A DNA stretch of 28,655 bases. Origin: Longimicrobiales bacterium (GTDB lineage: Bacteria > Gemmatimonadota > Gemmatimonadetes > Longimicrobiales > RSA9). Below the pieces are notes generated by a model that had not been told where the DNA came from, made no database searches, and worked only from the letters and a program-made list of their open reading frames with translations. Location of the stretch: NCBI GenBank assembly GCA_050732715.1, contig JBOHRM010000540.1, positions 1-28,655 of the forward strand, in the 5' to 3' direction. Of the stretch, positions 23,154-28,655 are shown in pieces. Position 1 is the stretch's first letter; each line of letters starts with the position of its first letter. Position numbers and translations under genes: made by a program.

Positions 23154-26100
23154 TCAGAACTCGATGCTCGCGCCGAGCAGGAACTTCCTCGCACTCGGAA
23201 TCGTCGTGGTCGTCGCGCCTTCCGGGTCGTAGCCCTGAAAATCCGTGAACAGGAACGGGTCGTGCGCCGAGCCGTAGATGCGGGCGACCCGCACACCCCA
23301 CCGCTCCGTTAGGGATGCCGGCAGCGTGTAGCCGAGCGTGATGTTGCGAATCCGGATGTTCGAGCCGTCCTCGTACCAGAGCGTGCCGCTGTACGGGATG
23401 CCCTCGTCGGTCTTATCCGGCTGTGGATATCGGTTGTTCGACGTCTCGGGTGTCCAGTACGGCACGTCGGACATGTTGTAACGGCCTACGCCGATCGAGC
23501 CCGTGCCGTTGAAGACCTCTTGCCCCATCCGCGCGGTCGCGAAGATGCTGAGATCGATGTTCTTGAACTCGAAGCGGTTCGTCATCCCACCCGTCCAGTC
23601 CGGGTAGGTGTTGCCGAGGAGCACACGGTCATCGTCATTGATCGTGCCGTCGTCATTCTGATCCTTGACCCGGATCATTCCCGGCCGCGCACCATACGTC
23701 GCGGCTTCGTCCGCCTCATCCTCCTGCCAGATGCCGTCGTAGTCGAAGTCGAAGAAGACCGCGTTGCGGCAGCCGTTGATGTTGAGGGGATCGTTGCAGT
23801 CGTGGATCGGCTGGCCGATGAACCAACGGTTGCCGATGTCGTCTTCCGTGCCGCCGTAGAGGCTGATGATCTCGTTCTTGTTGCGTGCGAGGTTGATGTC
23901 GGTGGTCCAGCGGAAGCCGCTTGCAGTCTGGAGGTTGATCGTGGAAAGCGAGATCTCGATTCCGGTGTTCCGCGTCTGGCCCACGTTCTCGAGGATCGAC
24001 TGGTAGCCAGACGTGGACGGAAGCTGTCGCTCCATCAACAGGTCATCCGTGTTCGCGCGATAGAAGTCCACGGAACCCGTGATCCGATTGTCCAGGAGCC
24101 CGAAGTCGAGGCCGATGTCGAGCTGCGTGGTCCGCTCCCACTTGAGATCGGGGTTCGGGAGTTGATCCGGCCGATGCCCGAACGCGAAGTCGTTGCCGAA
24201 GACATAGTGCGTGCGCGCCAGGCCGCCCTGCGTCTGATACGGCGAGACCGCCGAGTTTCCGACCCGACCCCAGCTCGCACGGAGCTTGAGCTCCGACAGG
24301 AAACCAGCCCCGGGTCCACCGGCGCCGGTGCCGCCCATCAGCGCCGCCATGAATGGCTCCTGCCCGAGCTGCCATGCGACTGCGACGGACGGGAAGAAAC
24401 TGTACTTGTTGCCGGGCGCTAGGCGAGATGAGCCATCGTAGCGGCCGGTCAGTGTGACCACGTAACGGTCGAGAAAGTGGTAGTTCACCCGCGCCATATA
24501 CGACTGGAGTGCCGTCTCGATCAGCTGACTGCCCGGCGTGCCGTACGCGGATGCCGAGCCGAGATTGTAGAATTTCTGATGCTCGTACGGCAGCTGCAGT
24601 ACGTTGCCGCTCAGCTGCTGCTCGAACCGCTCTTCTTGAATCTCGTAGAGCAGCGTGGCCTGTACGCGGTGCGCATCGCCGAACTCCCGATCGGCCGTTA
24701 CCGTGTTCGAGAGCGTGTACGAGTAGTTCCGGTCCTGAGCCTGCGACGCCTGGGCGGAGCCTGGCACACCCTGCTTCGAGTCGGTCATCTCGCCAATGAA
24801 GACGCCGGTTCGCGCGAAGGTGACATCGGGGCCGAACCGGCTCCGTACGCTCAGCCAGTCCGCGACTTGGTACGCGGCGAAGATCGAGCCGAAGGCGCGC
24901 GTGCGCTCCCGCTCATCGATCCAGTTCTCGGTGTCGAACAGAGGGTTGTGTGTGAGTGGGTCGAGGTCCGGCTTGAAGATCGGATTGCCTTCATCGTCGT
25001 ACGGCGCCGCAAGCGGGTTTAAACCGTGTGCTTCGCCGACTAGCCCGCCGCCGCGGCTCACGTTCCGCACGGACCGGCTCAGAAAGAGCGTCGCGCCGAG
25101 ACTCAACCGGCTCATGTCGTGCTCGATGCCGGCGCGGATCGACTTGCGATCGTAGTCCTGCCCGCGGACCACGCCGACCTCATCGAAAACCTCGCCGCTC
25201 ACGTTGAAGCGCGTCCGCTCGTCGCCTCCGCGAATGCCGAACTGGTGCAGCTGCTCCGAGCCGTCACGGAGGACGATGTCCGTCCAGTCGGTCGAACGCC
25301 CCGACGCCAGCCCCGCCTGCTCGACCGGGTCCGCGAAGATCACAGCGTCACCCTCCGCGCATTCGTCACGGCTCGGGCAGGGGTACAGGCCCGCCGCCCA
25401 GTACGCCTGACGCTTGTATTCGGCGAATTCGGGGCCGTTCAGCAAATCGACACGGTTGATGACATTCGACACGCCGCTCCGGAACGAATACGTGATCCGC
25501 GTGTCGCCAACCGAGCCTTGAGTCGTCGTGATCAGGACCACGCCGTTCGCGCCGCGCGAGCCATACACCGCCGTGGCGGAAGCGTCCTTGAGAATCTCGA
25601 TCGACTCGATGTCCGCCGGATTGAAGTCCTGGATCCCGCCGGCGAGCGGGACACCGTCGACAACGTAGAGCGGCTCATTCGTCGCGCTCAGAGAGCGCGT
25701 ACCGCGCACGCGCACCCGCATGCCCTCGCCCGGCGCGTGGCCGCTGTGCACGATGTCGACACCCGCGACCTTGCCCTTCATCGCCGTCACGAGGTTCGGC
25801 GTGGGAATCCGCTTCATTTCCCGAACGTCGACTGAGCTGACCGAGCCCGTGACATCACGCCGCTCCTGTGTGCCGTATCCGACCACGACAATGCCCTCGA
25901 GCAGCAGCGCTTGCGGACTCAACTCGAGACTCAGGTTCACCGCCTCGCCCGCCGTGACTTCCACGCTCTGCGTCTGCTCGCCGTAGCCCAGCATTGCGAC
26001 GCGCACCGCATGCGTTCCCAGCGGGACGTTGTCGAGAAAGAACCGCCCTTCCGCACCGGTCAGCGTGCTCAGCTGCGCACCGACTACACTGATGGTCACG

Positions 26101-26228
26101 CCTACCAACGGCCTCGCGGAGGATGCCTCCGTGGCCGTTCCCGTGATGCTCCCCGTAGTCTGGCCAGACGCCTCGCCCGTTCCGACGAACAGCGTCAAGA
26201 CCCATCCGAGTAAGACGACTCGTCTCAT
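23154..26228 (-). CDS. susC: SusC/RagA family TonB-dependent receptor
   Basis: Signal peptide, carboxypeptidase-regulatory-like N-domain, VVVGYG, PLYVVDG, DIESIEILKDASATAVYGSRGANGVVLITT, NPDLKWE, terminal Phe. GAGGAGG RBS before the ATG at 26228. Confidence 0.95.
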   Translation of the reverse strand: MRRVVLLGWVLTLFVGTGEASGQTTGSITGTATEASSARPLVGVTISVVGAQLSTLTGAEGRFFLDNVPLGTHAVRVAMLGYGEQTQSVEVTAGEAVNLSLELSPQALLLEGIVVVGYGTQERRDVTGSVSSVDVREMKRIPTPNLVTAMKGKVAGVDIVHSGHAPGEGMRVRVRGTRSLSATNEPLYVVDGVPLAGGIQDFNPADIESIEILKDASATAVYGSRGANGVVLITTTQGSVGDTRITYSFRSGVSNVINRVDLLNGPEFAEYKRQAYWAAGLYPCPSRDECAEGDAVIFADPVEQAGLASGRSTDWTDIVLRDGSEQLHQFGIRGGDERTRFNVSGEVFDEVGVVRGQDYDRKSIRAGIEHDMSRLSLGATLFLSRSVRNVSRGGGLVGEAHGLNPLAAPYDDEGNPIFKPDLDPLTHNPLFDTENWIDERERTRAFGSIFAAYQVADWLSVRSRFGPDVTFARTGVFIGEMTDSKQGVPGSAQASQAQDRNYSYTLSNTVTADREFGDAHRVQATLLYEIQEERFEQQLSGNVLQLPYEHQKFYNLGSASAYGTPGSQLIETALQSYMARVNYHFLDRYVVTLTGRYDGSSRLAPGNKYSFFPSVAVAWQLGQEPFMAALMGGTGAGGPGAGFLSELKLRASWGRVGNSAVSPYQTQGGLARTHYVFGNDFAFGHRPDQLPNPDLKWERTTQLDIGLDFGLLDNRITGSVDFYRANTDDLLMERQLPSTSGYQSILENVGQTRNTGIEISLSTINLQTASGFRWTTDINLARNKNEIISLYGGTEDDIGNRWFIGQPIHDCNDPLNINGCRNAVFFDFDYDGIWQEDEADEAATYGARPGMIRVKDQNDDGTINDDDRVLLGNTYPDWTGGMTNRFEFKNIDLSIFATARMGQEVFNGTGSIGVGRYNMSDVPYWTPETSNNRYPQPDKTDEGIPYSGTLWYEDGSNIRIRNITLGYTLPASLTERWGVRVARIYGSAHDPFLFTDFQGYDPEGATTTTIPSARKFLLGASIEF

Positions 26229-26570
26229 CACGTCCTCCTCGACGAAGGAAAACAAGAGCAGCCAACCCGGCTGCGGGGGGCATGCCCTCTGCTGTGCCAC
26301 GCAGGGACTCGCCTGGGCTTCATCCCGATTTTGAACGCTTCCCAAACAAATTGCTGGCGCGGATACGCCGATCCATGAGAACGCGAGATTTCCTGTCTAC
26401 GCTGTCGTTGTTCAGATTTGCTTGGATCTACCGCTGCCGGCCGAGCGCGAATCTACGGCAGCCTTCTGGTACGTCCTTAAATAACGCGCGAGCCGTGGGT
26501 CATCGAGACAGCGGGCTCGGATCGCGAGGCGAGCGTGGTCGAGCCCGGAGTGTGGTCGCGTCGCGTTTTT

Positions 26571-26591
26571 TGTTTGTATTGCTAACAAACA
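26571..26591. promoter_or_regulatory. AT-rich palindromic operator candidate (ROK/XylR-like)
   Basis: TGTTTGT-ATTGCTA-ACAAACA: perfect 7-bp arms in an unusually AT-rich patch between divergent susC and a small ORF. Confidence 0.5.
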
Positions 26592-26703
26592 TGAGCCAAA
26601 TGAATAGATGAACCCGGCACACGCAAGGGGCTACTTCGGATTCGACGGAACAGGGCTTGCGTTTTTGCGATGCCAGCACGAAGCACCGTCGTGGGGAGCC
26701 GCT

Positions 26704-26952
26704 GTGAGAGATGAACGTCAGACACCGGGGCTGGACGCGTTTTGGGAGCAGGCGGACGTGGAGGCGTCTGACGAGCATCCGCTGGAGCGGGAGCTGTCGC
26801 ATCGGATCGACGCGATCGCGCGGTACGGAGGGATGATCGCGGATGCCGCGGCGAACGGTTTCGACGATATGGTGAGTCAGCTGGGCCGGGAGCAGGCGCG
26901 TGAGGAGACGGTAGCGCAGCGTCTGCGCCGTGCGCTCCAGCGCGGTCGGTGA
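26704..26952 (+). CDS. Small hypothetical helical protein (possibly ferritin-like half-domain)
   Basis: GTG after GGAG. 'LERELSHRIDAIARYGGMIADAAANGFDDMVSQLGREQAREETVAQRLRRAL' looks like an amphipathic helix-turn-helix hairpin. Alternative start at 26608. Confidence 0.55.
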   Translation: MRDERQTPGLDAFWEQADVEASDEHPLERELSHRIDAIARYGGMIADAAANGFDDMVSQLGREQAREETVAQRLRRALQRGR

Positions 26953-27160
26953 GCGAAGCGGTCGAGACCGTGCGCAACAGGCGGCGTGGCGCGGGGCGGC
27001 GGGACGGGAGGGCAGCGCGCGTTGGAGCGGGTGGTGGCGGGCGCCGCCCTCACTGCCACCGAGCAGCGGGGCGTGGTGGCGTGCGGGTGCGCCCTCGGCG
27101 GCAGGCGCGGTTGGTGAGAGGTCTTGTGCCGGTCGTGCGAGCGCGGCAGTGTATCCGTGT

Positions 27161-28609
27161 ATGAGTGAGTTGCGCGTTCGTTTCGCCCCATCCCCGACCG
27201 GATATCTGCATATTGGCGGTGCACGCACGGCGCTGTTCAACTGGCTGTTCGCGCGGCGCCATGGCGGCGTTTACATCCTCCGCATCGAGGACACGGACCG
27301 CGAGCGTTCGAGCGACGCGATGACGCGGTCGATTCTCGACGATTTGTCGTGGCTCGGCCTCGAATGGGATGAAGGTCCGTACCATCAAGCCGATGGCCTG
27401 GTGCGGCACGTCGGCGACGCCCGACGGCTCTGGGACGCGGGCTTCGCGTATCCGTGTTTCTGCACGCCTGCCGAGCTCGAGGCGCGGCGGCGCGAGGCGG
27501 GCGCCGCGCCGGAGGCGTACCGTTACGATCGTCACTGCCTTCGTCACGTCTTGCCCGCGGACGGGATGCGCCGCGCGGGGGAAGGTGAACCGTTCGCGCT
27601 GAGGTTCCGAATGCCTGAAGGCACGACGACTTGGGAGGACGCCGTTTACGGCCGAATCGTCTTCGACAACGCCGAGATCGAGGACTTCGTGATCCTCCGC
27701 ACGGACGGAACGCCTACGTACAACATGGCGGTGGTCAGCGATGACGCCCATATGCGGGTGACGCACGTGATTCGCGGGGATGATCATCTCTCGAATACGC
27801 CGAAGCAGATTCTGCTGTGCCGCGGGATCGGCGGGGAGTCGCCGGTCTTCGCGCACGTGCCGATGATCCTCGGGCCCGACGGCAAACGGCTTTCTAAGCG
27901 TCACGGCGCGACGGCTGTCGGCGCCTACCGGCAAGAGGGCATTCTGCCCGAGGCGATGGTGAACTACTTGGCGCTGCTCGGCTGGTCCCCCGGCACGGAC
28001 GAGGAGGTGTTCTCGCCTGCCGAGCTGATCGATCGTTTCTCGATCGAACGGATCAACAAGAAGAGCGCGGTCTTCGACCCGCGGAAGCTCTCGTGGATGA
28101 ACGCGCAGCACCTCGCCCGTATCTCGCCGGACGCGCTCGAGGCGGCCGTGCGCGCCGCGCTCGCGGGCGCGGGGGTGGATGCGTCGGCGCGATCGTCCGA
28201 GTGGTTGCGCGCGCTCATCGCGCTGCTCAAGGCGCGCGCTCGGTCGGTAGACGACATCGTGCGTCAAGCGCGACCCTACCTGGTCGATGAGATACAGTAC
28301 GATCCCGAGGCGGTCGAGAAATATTGGCAGGACGCCGAAACCGTCGCGGATCGGCTCGAGCGGTTGGGTTCGCGTTTCGCCGTGCTCGAGTCCTGGGGCG
28401 CCGAGTCTCTCGAGCGCACACTGCGGGCGCTCGCGCAGGAGCTCGAGATCCGCGCCGGCGCGCTGATCCACGCGTTGCGCGTCGCGCTTACGGGCGAGAA
28501 GGTCTCGCCGAGCATCTTCGAGGTGACCGAGATCATGGGTCGTCCACTCGTGCTGCGGCGCCTCGACGTTGCGGCGCGCTGGTTGCGCGGCGAGGTCGCC
28601 AAGAAGTGA
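27161..28609 (+). CDS. gltX: Glutamate--tRNA ligase
   Basis: RVRFAPSPTGYLHIGG, LRIEDTD, CFC..YDRHC, THVIRGDDHLSNTPKQ, KRLSKRHGA. Confidence 0.97.
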   Translation: MSELRVRFAPSPTGYLHIGGARTALFNWLFARRHGGVYILRIEDTDRERSSDAMTRSILDDLSWLGLEWDEGPYHQADGLVRHVGDARRLWDAGFAYPCFCTPAELEARRREAGAAPEAYRYDRHCLRHVLPADGMRRAGEGEPFALRFRMPEGTTTWEDAVYGRIVFDNAEIEDFVILRTDGTPTYNMAVVSDDAHMRVTHVIRGDDHLSNTPKQILLCRGIGGESPVFAHVPMILGPDGKRLSKRHGATAVGAYRQEGILPEAMVNYLALLGWSPGTDEEVFSPAELIDRFSIERINKKSAVFDPRKLSWMNAQHLARISPDALEAAVRAALAGAGVDASARSSEWLRALIALLKARARSVDDIVRQARPYLVDEIQYDPEAVEKYWQDAETVADRLERLGSRFAVLESWGAESLERTLRALAQELEIRAGALIHALRVALTGEKVSPSIFEVTEIMGRPLVLRRLDVAARWLRGEVAKK

Positions 28610-28655
28610 GCGGCGCGAGACGCACCGGGTCGGCGGATCGGTTCGGCCGCGAGCA

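Noticed and set aside
26229..26510. Riboswitch (cobalamin/TPP) or LacI operator in the susC leader
   Set aside because: Small hairpins are present but no B12-box or TPP core motif was recognised. TTGAACGCTTCCCA is only weakly symmetric.
26930..27160. N-terminal extension of GltX, or a tRNA upstream of gltX
   Set aside because: Low-complexity GC-rich sequence. Homology starts at MSELRVRFAPSP and no T-loop or cloverleaf was found.

Overview
High-GC bacterial chromosomal window, probably Gemmatimonadota. This is inferred from the combination of a SusC/SusD pair, an ADOP-type permease remnant, a split PntA and high GC. Left to right: an array of ~40-nt hairpins with 61-nt spacing upstream of an orphan AbiEi-wHTH/DUF559 nuclease gene; a SnoaL-like gene; an internally deleted ADOP permease remnant; the small SRP RNA gene (ffs) with a clear sigma70 promoter and an atypical GUGAA loop; a stand-alone HIRAN gene; cysteine desulfurase and mnmA; a small hypothetical gene; a frameshifted, truncated tyrosine-integrase remnant with a tandem arm-type-like repeat; a TolB-like lipoprotein; pntA1-pntA2-pntB; a full ccmABCDEFGH system I operon (ccmD absent from the ORF track); a DASS transporter; a minus-strand susC-susD / DHDPS-like / cupin / Gfo-Idh-MocA uptake and catabolism locus; a small helical protein; and gltX. 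Intergenic spaces hold at least three small repeat families: strand-polarised heptamer runs, 9-mer-unit palindromes and a BoxC-like element. The best candidate for an undescribed system is the DUF559 gene with its periodic hairpins. All family assignments rest on motif recognition by eye; no searches were run.
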